This document shows, piece by piece, positions 1 to 10,079 of a DNA stretch of 64,000 bases. Position 1 is the stretch's first letter; the number at the start of each line of letters is the position of its first letter. Position numbers and translations under genes: made by a program. This DNA comes from Promethearchaeota archaeon. Lineage in GTDB: Archaea > Asgardarchaeota > Lokiarchaeia > Sigyniarchaeales > SOKP01. The stretch lies in NCBI GenBank assembly GCA_048940445.1, contig JBHLON010000002.1, positions 32,001-96,000 of the forward strand, given 5' to 3'. The notes beneath the pieces are model-generated. The model did no database searches. It saw nothing but the letters and a program-made list of their open reading frames with translations, and was not told where the DNA came from.

Positions 1-171
1 GAAAACGTAAAGGAATTACAAAATAAAGAAGAAATTTTTGAACATAGCGAATCTTATGTGATTAAATTATATAATGATTTGACAAAGGCAATAAGTTCTA
101 ATGATTACAAGTCTATTTGGGAACTTTCTAAGGCAATTACAAGGTATCATTTTAAACAATCAAATGAATAA
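1..171 (+). CDS. 3' end of a protein truncated by the window edge
   Basis: Frame +1 is open from base 1 (ENVKELQNKEEIFEHSESYVIKLYNDL...KQSNE) to TAA at 169-171. Confidence 0.6.
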   Translation, partial: ENVKELQNKEEIFEHSESYVIKLYNDLTKAISSNDYKSIWELSKAITRYHFKQSNE

Positions 172-285
172 TATAATAATCGTATATATTTTTATTTAGA
201 TTTTCAAAATACGAAATTATTTATAGCCACACCCTTCTAGAATATTAAAATATAATCACTCTTAGTAATAATTTTCCAAGGGGTT

Positions 286-543
286 TTGTATTTGTACTAT
301 TGCGGGGATTATGATGATCTTTTGGAAGATTCTCTTATTGAGGAATTAAAATGGCTACAAGAAGAATTTGCATTATTATTTAAATTCAGGAAACAAGATA
401 CTTCTGAAAAGGATAAGAGACTCGCAAATCAAATGATTGAAATTATTGTTAATAGAGTAAAATATTCAGATAATAAAAGAATCAATGAGATACTAATTGA
501 AGGAATAGAGAAAATAGAATATAAATTTCCGGGACTTTTTTAG
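286..543 (+). CDS. Small helical hypothetical protein
   Basis: 85-aa ORF with TTG start and typical composition; no recognised motif. Confidence 0.6.
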   Translation: MYLYYCGDYDDLLEDSLIEELKWLQEEFALLFKFRKQDTSEKDKRLANQMIEIIVNRVKYSDNKRINEILIEGIEKIEYKFPGLF

Positions 544-645
544 ATAATTTACTTCTTTTTTTCCAATAGCCTTAATTATATCGTCTACTTCTTAATTTAT
601 ATAAAAGTCACTTTAAATTATTCATTAAGGTTAAGCACTCTCATT

Positions 646-1719
646 ATGGAAAGACTTATCATTGTGCATTGGAATAAAAGTACAGGTCCTGAACCATTAA
701 TTCAATATCCTCCAGAGAAAGAATTTCCTACAAAAGATTTATTTCTTAAAATTTGGGCTCAACATGAATTAGATAAAGAAAATTCTCTTATAGATCTCGA
801 AGATCAAAATAAGTTTTTTATTTCGACGATTCAAGAATTTGAGAGCGAATTATACTTTCTCGTTATTGTATTAAATAATAAAAAGAAAAAGGAAGAAGTA
901 ATATCTCCTGATATATTAGCTATCATTGGCAAGAATTTAATTGAATTGATGAATACAAATAAAATTACGCGAGCTATTTCTGAAGCATTTAACACAATTA
1001 AGAATTATAATAAATTAGAAAGTGAAGATTTGATCAACTTCTTTCAAGATAAAATTAAATTTACTATTTTACAAATTTTAAGAAATGGTGTAGTTTCTAA
1101 AATAGAATTGACAAATGCATTAAGATTTGATTATGGATTTTCTACTGCTAATATTGATTTACTTTTGATATCATTCTTAAGGGAAAATCTAATTATTAAA
1201 AAAAATGTTCCTGGTAGTAAAGAATGTTACTTTTTAATTAAAGACATTACTAGTGCAAGAGTTCCTCCAAAAAGAATTCCCCATGAAGATGGTATTGATG
1301 AAAAAGTTCTCAAAAAATATAAAAAAGAATTCGCAAAATTTTATTCACATTATAATTGCTCCCAAGAATTAGAAAATAGAACAATTCTTAACTTTTTAGT
1401 TGAAAAAGATGTGTATCTTTTAATGAAAAATTTAAGAAATACAAATCTCTCCGTAAATGAATGTTTAAGTTTATTAAATAATCGGCAAGACTTATTTGAT
1501 GAGTTAATCGAAAAAAGAATAATATTCGAGGCAAAAGGGATAGTATATTTATTTTCTGATATTCGATTCATAAAATTTTCTCCATTTTATATCATAAAAA
1601 CCTTAATTAATAGGTATCACAATCAAGAAATCTCTCTGAATCAATACTTGGCTCATATTGAATTATTATTAAATGAAATACATGAAAAAACAGATATTTT
1701 TGATTATATAGTCATCTAA
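646..1719 (+). CDS. Longin/uDENN-type N-terminal domain plus winged-helix domains (NPRL2-like architecture)
   Basis: N-terminal IIVHWNKSTGPEPLIQYP resembles the uDENN/NPRL2 start (hhhxFxxxxGPxhxxQxP); two wHTH-like segments (KFTILQILRNGVVSKIEL...RENLI and VYLLMKNLRNT...DELIEKRII). Confidence 0.6.
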   Translation: MERLIIVHWNKSTGPEPLIQYPPEKEFPTKDLFLKIWAQHELDKENSLIDLEDQNKFFISTIQEFESELYFLVIVLNNKKKKEEVISPDILAIIGKNLIELMNTNKITRAISEAFNTIKNYNKLESEDLINFFQDKIKFTILQILRNGVVSKIELTNALRFDYGFSTANIDLLLISFLRENLIIKKNVPGSKECYFLIKDITSARVPPKRIPHEDGIDEKVLKKYKKEFAKFYSHYNCSQELENRTILNFLVEKDVYLLMKNLRNTNLSVNECLSLLNNRQDLFDELIEKRIIFEAKGIVYLFSDIRFIKFSPFYIIKTLINRYHNQEISLNQYLAHIELLLNEIHEKTDIFDYIVI

Positions 1720-1826
1720 GTTTCGCTCTAAGTTTTATTGAAAAGTGAATAATGGAAAAATCCAAAAGAAATATATACATTTTGATTTAATAACTAATTA
1801 TTTAAAATCAAAAAAAAAGTGATATT

Positions 1827-2585
1827 ATGGTTCTTCAACTTGTTGACTATTTACAAGGACTTTTTAGCTTGATTTTTGTAATTATTTCGCTAGTTATAGG
1901 TTTTACAATACTCTCAAAATATTCTAAATATAAATCACGATTATATGTCCTAGTAGGAATCTCTTGGATTGGTGTCGCCAATCCTTGGTTTCCGGATTCT
2001 ATTAGTTTCTTAATGAATTTATTTTGGCATGAATCTTTGAATATAAGCTGGTATTTTATTATTGGTAATTGTTTCATTCCCATCGCTCTTTTAGCCTGGT
2101 TAACAGCATTTACAGATATGATTGGTAAAAAAAGACAGAAACTAGTTCTTTCATTAACTATTATTTTGAGTCTTGCGTTTGAAGGTATGTTTTTTTACCT
2201 CTTTTTTACCGATATCGATGCTATTGGAGTCATTAATCCCCTAAGACCGTTTACAGTGGATTTTGGTTTCTTTATCTTAATCTATTTAATTATCGTCATT
2301 ATTGTTATGGTTTTAACTGGAGTAATTTTTGCTCAAAAATCAGTAAAATCTGATAATAAGGAAATAAGAGTAAAGGGAAAATTATTAAGAGCCGCATTTA
2401 TTACATTTACGGTAGCCGCTATTTTTGATTCATTGTTAGGTGCCATTTTTGAGGATCCTACTGATCCAATCTTAGCAATAATGGTCGTGGTTATAAGAGT
2501 ATTATTAATATTTAGCGCTATAGAGTTCTATGGAGGATTTTTACTTCCCAGATGGATGCATTCAATCTTTATAAGAGAAAAGTAA
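1827..2585 (+). CDS. Polytopic (~7 TM) membrane protein, possible sensor
   Basis: About seven hydrophobic segments with short basic loops; no catalytic domain. Confidence 0.7.
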   Translation: MVLQLVDYLQGLFSLIFVIISLVIGFTILSKYSKYKSRLYVLVGISWIGVANPWFPDSISFLMNLFWHESLNISWYFIIGNCFIPIALLAWLTAFTDMIGKKRQKLVLSLTIILSLAFEGMFFYLFFTDIDAIGVINPLRPFTVDFGFFILIYLIIVIIVMVLTGVIFAQKSVKSDNKEIRVKGKLLRAAFITFTVAAIFDSLLGAIFEDPTDPILAIMVVVIRVLLIFSAIEFYGGFLLPRWMHSIFIREK

Positions 2586-2612
2586 TCTATCTTAAAATTT
2601 TAATCTTTTTAT

Positions 2613-3320
2613 TTATATATTCAAATCATCAGGAAAATCATCAGGAAAATCCTCATCTATGGAAAAGCCTGGTGCTTTTCCATCTCCATAAATTTGATAT
2701 AAAGCAGTTCTTCTAGCACATTCATGGAAGCTGCGATATATTTCCTTTTGTTGGTCATATAAAGCACAAGTCTCATAAATTATGGGATTCCATCGATTTA
2801 GACGATTTTCGAGGCTGTACCATAACTTTTCGTTTTTCAAAATTTGGATAAATACGTCTTTATCAATAACTTCTTCAAGATCTTGTTTATTTAGCATGAC
2901 AATAAATGGAATTTCCTTTATTAATTTATCATCAACGATACTCTTTAATTCTCTTAATGACTCAATATTGTCTTCAAGATATTTTGTTTGCGAGTCAGCG
3001 ACAAAAATGACAGCATCCGTCTTATCTTCAGGTTTATTAAATAACTTGATTCTTAATGGAGAAAAACTAGTTTGTCCAGCAACAGTAAAAACTCTATAGT
3101 AGACTTTTTTCTGTTTTGTAGATTGGAATAAACCTCTATCGAAGTATAAAGTTGCTCCACTTTCTCTGGCAATTATTTGCAAATTTCCAATTGGAACAAT
3201 ATCTTTTTTGGTCGTTTTTGTTAATTTATAAAGTGTCTGAAGTATTGTGGTTTTACCTGAACCAGCCATACCCCAATAAACAACTTTTAGACATACTTTC
3301 CCGTCTTTATATAGAACCAT
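2613..3320 (-). CDS. MglA-family small GTPase
   Basis: KVVYWGMAGSGKTT (G1), TLYFD (G2), TVAGQ (G3), VIFVADSQ, NKQD (G4). Confidence 0.85.
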   Translation of the reverse strand: MVLYKDGKVCLKVVYWGMAGSGKTTILQTLYKLTKTTKKDIVPIGNLQIIARESGATLYFDRGLFQSTKQKKVYYRVFTVAGQTSFSPLRIKLFNKPEDKTDAVIFVADSQTKYLEDNIESLRELKSIVDDKLIKEIPFIVMLNKQDLEEVIDKDVFIQILKNEKLWYSLENRLNRWNPIIYETCALYDQQKEIYRSFHECARRTALYQIYGDGKAPGFSIDEDFPDDFPDDLNI

Positions 3321-3593
3321 GATATAGTATCCTTGTTGATATCGCCTAAGTTTTGGATATATAATAAGTATTTTAAATAATGATGTTTGTAAAAAAAATT
3401 TCTTAAATAATAAATATTTTCCTTTTTATTTAGAATTCATGCCATTTAAATAAATAACATAAAATATTAGCTTTTGAAATTAAATAATATTAGTGTACTT
3501 CATTACAATACTTAATCCAATAATTTTTTTAATATGAACTATGATTAATCTATAGCAATCGAAAAACAATTTTAAAACATATTTATTTTTATC

Positions 3594-4106
3594 ATGGATG
3601 AATATTCAGACTCAGAATGGAACTGGGAGTTCTATAAAGAACTTACTAAAGATGTAGATGAAAATAAGAATTTAGTACAGTGCATTAACTGTGGAAAATG
3701 TGTAGGAGATTGCCCTGCTGCTAAAGTTTCTAATTTTAATATTAGAAAGATCATTCAAAAGGTTCTTCAAGGGGATAAGAGTGTTCTTAAAGACTCTGAT
3801 ATCTGGTACTGTTATTTATGTGAAAGATGTAAGAGAGTGTGTCCGAGAGAAGGAATTAACATACCTATGTTAATTATAAATCTAAGAAATGAATCTTTCA
3901 GAAAGGGTTTTGGACCTAAATATAACGACCTTAGAAAATATGTAGAGATGGCTGAGAGATTCCTCACAAGCGGGGTTGTGCTAGAAGAGCCATTAGGAGA
4001 AAAATTATCGAAAGAAAGAATTAAAGAATTAAATGAAATATGTAATTTTGCTCGCATAAAGTACGTGTTTAAAGCAAGCAAAAACAAAGGAAAAAAGAAA
4101 AAGTAA
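3594..4106 (+). CDS. hdrC: Heterodisulfide reductase subunit C-like 2x[4Fe-4S] protein
   Basis: CINCGKCVGDCP and IWYCYLCERCKRVCPR motifs; adjacent to hdrB. Confidence 0.85.
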   Translation: MDEYSDSEWNWEFYKELTKDVDENKNLVQCINCGKCVGDCPAAKVSNFNIRKIIQKVLQGDKSVLKDSDIWYCYLCERCKRVCPREGINIPMLIINLRNESFRKGFGPKYNDLRKYVEMAERFLTSGVVLEEPLGEKLSKERIKELNEICNFARIKYVFKASKNKGKKKK

Positions 4107-4131
4107 AATTAACTCAAATATCCAAACCATT

Positions 4132-5145
4132 ATGGAAATATATAATCTAGCACTTGATATTGAACATATTGAAAAAAGTTTTCCAGAGAACCCCCTTGAT
4201 TTCTTTAGAGACAAGAAATTGTGTTTATTTAAAGCATGTTTAGAGAAATATTTCCCTGGAGTAAGATGGGGTATTCAAGATCTACTTGAATCATTTCATT
4301 TAGAGATATCAACCTGTAAAAACCAATCTTGCTGTTCTGGAACGTTTTTTCAAAGAAATCTCATAACTCGTGCCCAATTTGCTGCAATAAATGAGCGAAA
4401 TTTAAATGAAATTAATCAACAAGCAGACATATTATTATTCTCCTGTAATGGGTGTTACAATTCCCTCTTGAGAGGGAGAGAATTTTTAAAGACGCCTCAA
4501 ATTAAGAAAAAGACGCAAGAAATTTTAGATCAATTAAAAAAAAGTTCAAAAGGGAATAATTACCCAGGCAAGTACGATATTCTAGAAAATCCAAAAGTAC
4601 GATTTATTCATGACTTAGATTTTCTGTATCTTATCAGAAATGAAGTAATTAATTCCTTAAAGTTTGATTTACGGGACCTTAATGTTGCTATTCATTATGG
4701 GTGTCATTACTTAAACTTATCCCGCGATAAAAGAACGATAGATCCCTATTTAAAAGACAAAACTAAGATGGAAGAACTAATTCATCTTTTTGGAGGCCAT
4801 CCCGTTGATTATCAAGAAAGAGAATCATGTTGTGGCTGGGGAGCCTCACAACTTATAATAAATCCACGAGAAGCGTTAAAGATTACTGCAAACAAATTGA
4901 GAAGTGCGCAAGATGTTGGAGCCGACTTTATTGTTATGCCATGCCCCACTTGTTTATATACTCTAAGTAAACCAGAATATAGAGAAAAGATGAAAAAATG
5001 GTTCAATGAAGAATTAGATATTCCCACTATTCATCTTAATGAATTAATTGCGATCTTACGAGGTTGTGAAGAAGAACGTTGTATTACCTTACGTAGAAAA
5101 ACTCCTCGTTTAGAAGAAATCTTTGATATCATAACACAACAATAA
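4132..5145 (+). CDS. hdrB: Heterodisulfide reductase subunit B-like protein (two CCG domains)
   Basis: SCCSG...CNGCY and HYGCH...CCGWG...CPTC motifs. Confidence 0.85.
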   Translation: MEIYNLALDIEHIEKSFPENPLDFFRDKKLCLFKACLEKYFPGVRWGIQDLLESFHLEISTCKNQSCCSGTFFQRNLITRAQFAAINERNLNEINQQADILLFSCNGCYNSLLRGREFLKTPQIKKKTQEILDQLKKSSKGNNYPGKYDILENPKVRFIHDLDFLYLIRNEVINSLKFDLRDLNVAIHYGCHYLNLSRDKRTIDPYLKDKTKMEELIHLFGGHPVDYQERESCCGWGASQLIINPREALKITANKLRSAQDVGADFIVMPCPTCLYTLSKPEYREKMKKWFNEELDIPTIHLNELIAILRGCEEERCITLRRKTPRLEEIFDIITQQ

Positions 5146-5268
5146 GTATGACATTTGGTTAGAGGAATATATGCGTGTTAATTATATTTAATCTCTAAAA
5201 AATTGTTTATAGTTAGATTTTAATTTCTTTGATTTTTGCATTATTTAAACAGTTTTTCAATATATTTT

Positions 5269-6174
5269 ATGGAAAAAAATAAAGAAAAATCAATACAAGA
5301 TTGGCGGAAACCATTCGCAATTGTTTTACTAATACTTACTACAGTATTATGGGGCACTACTTTTATAATTACAAAGATGCTAACCCAATCTATACCAATT
5401 TTCTTCTATTTAGGGTTGAGATATCTAATTGGATTATTAGGATTTATTCCATTATTTTTCCACTTTAAATACCTCAATAAGAAAATATTAAGCACAGGAA
5501 TTTTAACAGGTATTATTTATTATTTATCAATGATCTTTCAAACGTACGGTCTTCAGACAACCACAGCCGGAAAAGCCGGCTTCATAACAGGGCTTAGTAC
5601 TATAATGGTGCCTTTTATTACCTGGATATTTTATAAGAATAGAGTGCAATCAAGGATTTGGGTAGCAGTTCTTCTTTCTGTTATAGGTATGGCATTGTTA
5701 CTTCTAGAAGGGGAAATAAGAATTATCATTGGTGACATATTAGTTTTAGGGTGTGCAGTTTTTGTAGCAATTTTCATCGTATTAAACGATAAAAACGTCC
5801 AAATTGTTGATGTTTATCTTTATACCATCGTACAATTAATAACTTTAACGATATCATGCTTTTTGTCTTCATTACTACTTGGTGAATCATACAATCTTTT
5901 TACGACTCAATTAAATTTCTGGCTTATCATGCTTTATATGGGATTTGGAACAACAAGTTTAACATTTATTTTCCAGAATTGGGGTCAAAAGTATCAAGGA
6001 CCTTCGCAAACGGCCATTATTTTTACTTTAGAGCCCGTATTTGCTGCATTATTCGGGTTTTTACTTGGAAATGAGATATTAACTACATTTAATTGGATTG
6101 GTATGAGTCTGATTTTTATAGCTATTTTTATAACTGTTATAAAAAGCAATAGTAGGAAAAATCGTACCGATTGA
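5269..6174 (+). CDS. DMT/EamA family transporter
   Basis: LWGTTF, GLQTTTAGKAGFITG and IFTLEPVFAA motifs, ~10 TM; ATG at 5269 preferred over the track's TTG at 5236. Confidence 0.9.
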   Translation: MEKNKEKSIQDWRKPFAIVLLILTTVLWGTTFIITKMLTQSIPIFFYLGLRYLIGLLGFIPLFFHFKYLNKKILSTGILTGIIYYLSMIFQTYGLQTTTAGKAGFITGLSTIMVPFITWIFYKNRVQSRIWVAVLLSVIGMALLLLEGEIRIIIGDILVLGCAVFVAIFIVLNDKNVQIVDVYLYTIVQLITLTISCFLSSLLLGESYNLFTTQLNFWLIMLYMGFGTTSLTFIFQNWGQKYQGPSQTAIIFTLEPVFAALFGFLLGNEILTTFNWIGMSLIFIAIFITVIKSNSRKNRTD

Positions 6175-6429
6175 ATCTAATTCAATATATAAAAATAAAC
6201 GATTAACTAAATCTTTAAACGAAATATTTCTTGAGCAATTTATAGGAAGAACTGGTAAGTACGTTTTACTAATATAATTTATTTTTCATAACGTAAATTT
6301 ATTAATGTTTAACCTATGTAATAAACATTGCATAAGTGTTAATATCTTCCAACACTTTTGTGTGTAAGAATATATTAAGATTATATGTCAATTTCAATCA
6401 AATCTTCATTTTACAGATACCTAATAGCA

Positions 6430-6585
6430 ATGCAAAAAGTTAAGGGAAAAGGTTTGAATATCTGCAGTAAATGTGGTAACGTAATGGTCACAAGAGTCGT
6501 TAAAAGAGGCGTAAATCCTAAAAGAAAAGAATTAGAGAAGATACTTCAATGTATTGTGTGCAAACATTGGGAAGATATTGATTAA
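6430..6585 (+). CDS. Small zinc-ribbon protein
   Basis: CSKCG...CIVCKHW; likely start ATG 6430 (track start 6385). Confidence 0.7.
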   Translation: MQKVKGKGLNICSKCGNVMVTRVVKRGVNPKRKELEKILQCIVCKHWEDID

Positions 6586-6674
6586 ACTTCACGTAACTTT
6601 ATAAAAATTAGATCTAATTAGACTTTCTTATCCTGAATATGATTTATTATTGAAGAAAGCATAACTGAATCATT

Positions 6675-6805
6675 ATAAAAAAAGAAAGTAGATGGGAACG
6701 ATCGTTTGAGCAAAAAACAAAATCAGGGAGAGAATTAAACTCAAGGAGTTTAATAGAGGGCGAAATCCAATGTTAGCTCAAATTATCGTATTAAATTCCC
6801 ATCCC
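6675..6805 (-). ncRNA. Candidate stand-alone structured small RNA (~120-130 nt)
   Basis: Nested complementary segments 6691-6698/6796-6803, 6698-6702/6785-6789 and 6705-6711/6776-6782, plus perfect 9-bp hairpin 6734-6742/6746-6754. Minus-strand TTTTTATA at 6834-6827 lies ~25 nt before the 5' stem, and a U-tract follows the 3' stem. Confidence 0.6.
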
Positions 6806-7409
6806 AATGAGTAATATAATTTTATCTATAAAAATTCATGTATTATAAATTATAGTAAACTTAATATTTTGAAAACAACCTAAAAATTATTTCTAATCCA
6901 CTACTAAAAGAAAATAAATATTTTTATTTAATCTTTTTTTAATGATTTTACACACAAAAATCTATTTAAATTATTTATAAATCATAACGTAAAACTTAAA
7001 CTAAAGAAATCTTCTTAACATTTTTTGTTTATATTTATAAATATCTAAGTTTAAATTTGGGATCAATTTAATTTTAATTTACAATCAAATCCCGATTTTT
7101 TTACCCCATTTTTAGACTGCTATTTAACTTTATATTGAGATCATGTACACATAATAATCCTAACTTTAGCACAATAAAAAATATTTAACGCCTCAACTTA
7201 TATTTCATACTATTACTCATATCTTTTTATTCACGGGAAAAAAGTAAGTTTTATATATTGAGTTAATCTTAATTTTTAATTACTAAAGAAGACTAAATGA
7301 TCAACATTTTAATTGTGATCAATACTTGACTTCTTGAGGAGATGTGATTTAGCATCGAAAAAACATCAATATAAAATCTAATCAAAATTAAAAAATTTGG
7401 AAATGGAAA

Positions 7410-9521
7410 ATGGAAAAAAAACGAATAGCTATATTATTGATAATTTGTATGTCTTTTAGCGCGATTCCGCTTGGACTCTTTGGTTTTGTTGTTGCAAAAC
7501 CTGCCGTTTCTTATCCCGATTATCAAGCAGTAGATTGGCAAAGTGGTCTAGCTGGGGATATAAATATGCCAGATATAGCTGATACAACTTTTAAAACGTC
7601 TATGGCACAACCTCATACTGCTGCTGCACCAGAGGTAGGTGATGTTGTATATGATTGGTATTTGTCAGCAATACAAGATAATCCTTACATGACACTTAGG
7701 GCAATTGTAGGAAATGCTGAAGTTTGGGTTGCCAACGACTTAAGTTATCCAGATGGAGACCCAAGAAATGCTGATATCTTTAATTTAAATATCACAGATG
7801 CGATGTGTGAATATTTAGCTGCTCAATTTAATGATGTGATCTATCCGGCAGATACTAATTATTTTGGAATGCCTGAAGATAGGGATGGTACAAATACCAT
7901 TTTTGAACAGATTGATGGAACTAGCTTTCCTCCATATACCTACGATTGGATAAATGCAACCGATAATCCACAACGTACGATTATAAAAGTATTTAATATT
8001 CAGGATGCGAATTACTATGATCCAACTTATCCTTATTTTGTAATTGGTTTCTTTAGTTCTGGATATGATAATTATTATAATCGAAATATGATTCATATTG
8101 ATTGTTGGCAATGGTGGAGACGAGTAGGTGATTTAGGTCAATCATGGTTTCCGGATTATCCTGATAAGGTTGTGGAAGAAGGTCATGCACATGATTATGA
8201 ATCAACAATAGCTCATGAATATCAACATTTAATTCATCATGATTGGAACCCAAATGATGATGCATTCATGAATGAAGGGTGCAGTATGTATGCTGAATTC
8301 GTAACTGGTTACGGGATCGCTGATAACTACTTCAACAGTTATTTTGCTACACCAGATAATTCATTGACAATATGGGGTGATCAAGGAGATATCAATATTC
8401 TCGCTGATTATGGTGTTGCAGCTTTATGGACGATGTACTTAAGTGACCATTACGGTGGTGCTGATATTATACGTGATTTTGTTCAAGCTGGAATACCTGG
8501 AATTGATGGAATTAATGCTGCTCTAGCTGATAGGGGGTATAAAAGATCAAATTTCTATACTGTATATCATGATTGGAGACTGGCGAATTTAATCCGCGCT
8601 AGTCATGGAAAATATGGTTATGATAACGTTGATTTTACCAATTTGGATCCAATACGTATATATGATGTATCTGGATTACCCGTACCATCAACTAGTGGAG
8701 CTCAAGGATTTGGAAGTACACATACTATACTAGATTATGATACTGGAGTCTCTATGCTTGGTCCTTTTGGAAGTGATTATATACAATTCAGTGATTGGAA
8801 CAAGCCAGGATGGTTCTACTTTAATGGAGATGATCAAGCTTATTTAGGATGGCAACCAATAGCTGATGGATTTTGGTCTGCTTTTGGGGATGAACAAGAC
8901 AAGTCACTTACCGGTGAGGCATTTGTAGATCCAGCTAACCCAACTCTTGAACTTATAACAAAATATAGTATCGAACCGTATTGGGATTTTGGCTTTATAC
9001 AAGCATTTAATGAAACTTCTGGTGAATGGGTGTCCCTCGCAAACGAATATACAACATACGATCATGATCCTTCTGCTTATCCTGCTATTGTAGCAGAACT
9101 TCCAGGTTTGACAGGACAAAGCCCTGGTTGGGCTTCAGATGAATGGACAACGATGGAATTTGACCTATCCTATTGGGCTGGTCAAACTGTACAACTTAAT
9201 TTTAGATATATGACAGACTGGTCTACAACTGCTGCTGGCTGGTATATTAATCAAGCAAGCGTAAGTGGTACTCCAGTAGCTTTGACTTATGAATCAGGTG
9301 CGGCTGATTTCATGGTAACTGTAGTGCAAGTTATTCATACACGTTGGTTTAACCTGTATCTCCCATGGGATTTAAAGCTTAATGATGCTACAAACACGGG
9401 GCTTTTCTTAGGAATAGCTCATAAGCATTTTGACTTCATAGTAGTAGTGAGTCCAACTATGCTAACTGGTTTTACAGATTATTCTTTTCAAGCACAAAAG
9501 TTAAAATGGCATTGTCATTAA
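7410..9521 (+). CDS. Secreted zinc metallopeptidase (M30/immune inhibitor A-like) with C-terminal InhA-type beta-sandwich, copy 1
   Basis: Signal peptide; AHEYQHLIH...NEGCS; C-terminal EPYWDFG...LSYWAGQTVQLNFRYMTD...GWYI. Confidence 0.8.
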   Translation: MEKKRIAILLIICMSFSAIPLGLFGFVVAKPAVSYPDYQAVDWQSGLAGDINMPDIADTTFKTSMAQPHTAAAPEVGDVVYDWYLSAIQDNPYMTLRAIVGNAEVWVANDLSYPDGDPRNADIFNLNITDAMCEYLAAQFNDVIYPADTNYFGMPEDRDGTNTIFEQIDGTSFPPYTYDWINATDNPQRTIIKVFNIQDANYYDPTYPYFVIGFFSSGYDNYYNRNMIHIDCWQWWRRVGDLGQSWFPDYPDKVVEEGHAHDYESTIAHEYQHLIHHDWNPNDDAFMNEGCSMYAEFVTGYGIADNYFNSYFATPDNSLTIWGDQGDINILADYGVAALWTMYLSDHYGGADIIRDFVQAGIPGIDGINAALADRGYKRSNFYTVYHDWRLANLIRASHGKYGYDNVDFTNLDPIRIYDVSGLPVPSTSGAQGFGSTHTILDYDTGVSMLGPFGSDYIQFSDWNKPGWFYFNGDDQAYLGWQPIADGFWSAFGDEQDKSLTGEAFVDPANPTLELITKYSIEPYWDFGFIQAFNETSGEWVSLANEYTTYDHDPSAYPAIVAELPGLTGQSPGWASDEWTTMEFDLSYWAGQTVQLNFRYMTDWSTTAAGWYINQASVSGTPVALTYESGAADFMVTVVQVIHTRWFNLYLPWDLKLNDATNTGLFLGIAHKHFDFIVVVSPTMLTGFTDYSFQAQKLKWHCH

Positions 9522-9559
9522 ACAATAAATTCAAATTTTTTTTTTATTTTATTATATTC

Positions 9560-9785
9560 GCTATTTTTAATACCTTTCTACATGACTTAATATAAAATTT
9601 TTACGACGAGACTGGAGAGTCTAGATTTGCTTCAAGATGTATAATAGTTAACCGGTTTAAAGTTAGCTAGACTTTCTTGAGAGAGGGAATTAATAAGTTT
9701 AAAACAAGAATATTTACTTCATTGAATTGCTCTGAAATCCCCATTATGAAGTAAGTTTCGCTTTAAAAATGAGATATATATTGGA
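9560..9785 (-). pseudogene. Degenerate copy of the 3' part of the MBL-fold hydrolase gene at 12279-13094
   Basis: 9691-9745 closely matches 12531-12584 at nucleotide level; minus-strand translation SEQFNEVNILVLNLL...IPSLKKV*...HLEANLDSPVSS mirrors SEQFNGVNILILNLL...IPYLNKIQ...HFGAYMDSYLSS, with stops, frameshifts and a deletion; boundaries approximate. Confidence 0.8.
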
Positions 9786-10079
9786 GATTATTATTAGAAG
9801 CTCTAATCTTTTTTTAATAAAATTCCAGAAGTTTTAAATTTAAGTTTTTATTTTTAGAATATTTAAAATGACTTTAGTTTATTCTTGACAATATTATAAA
9901 ACTTATAAGTTTTCGAATCTAATTCTCAAATACACAATTTAGCGAAAGTTCCTTGAAAATTCATTTAATTTCAAGAATTCTAATTTGTGTTCAAAATGAA
10001 GATTTAAAAATGAAAAAGAATGCATTTTTTGAATGCAAAGTGAAAAAATCTATAACAAATTAAAAAAAGAGATGGAAAA

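Noticed and set aside
2623-2646. 12-bp tandem duplication in the GTPase tail (FPDD x2)
   Set aside because: Simple in-frame slippage in an acidic tail
6726-6770. Glycine riboswitch or 5S rRNA identity for the structured element
   Set aside because: GGAGAGA and CCCATCCC occur, but the remaining conserved motifs are absent
9614-9754. Inverted repeats between the peptidases as an RNA element or SECIS
   Set aside because: Region is better explained as the decayed MBL gene copy; no TGA-containing gene nearby
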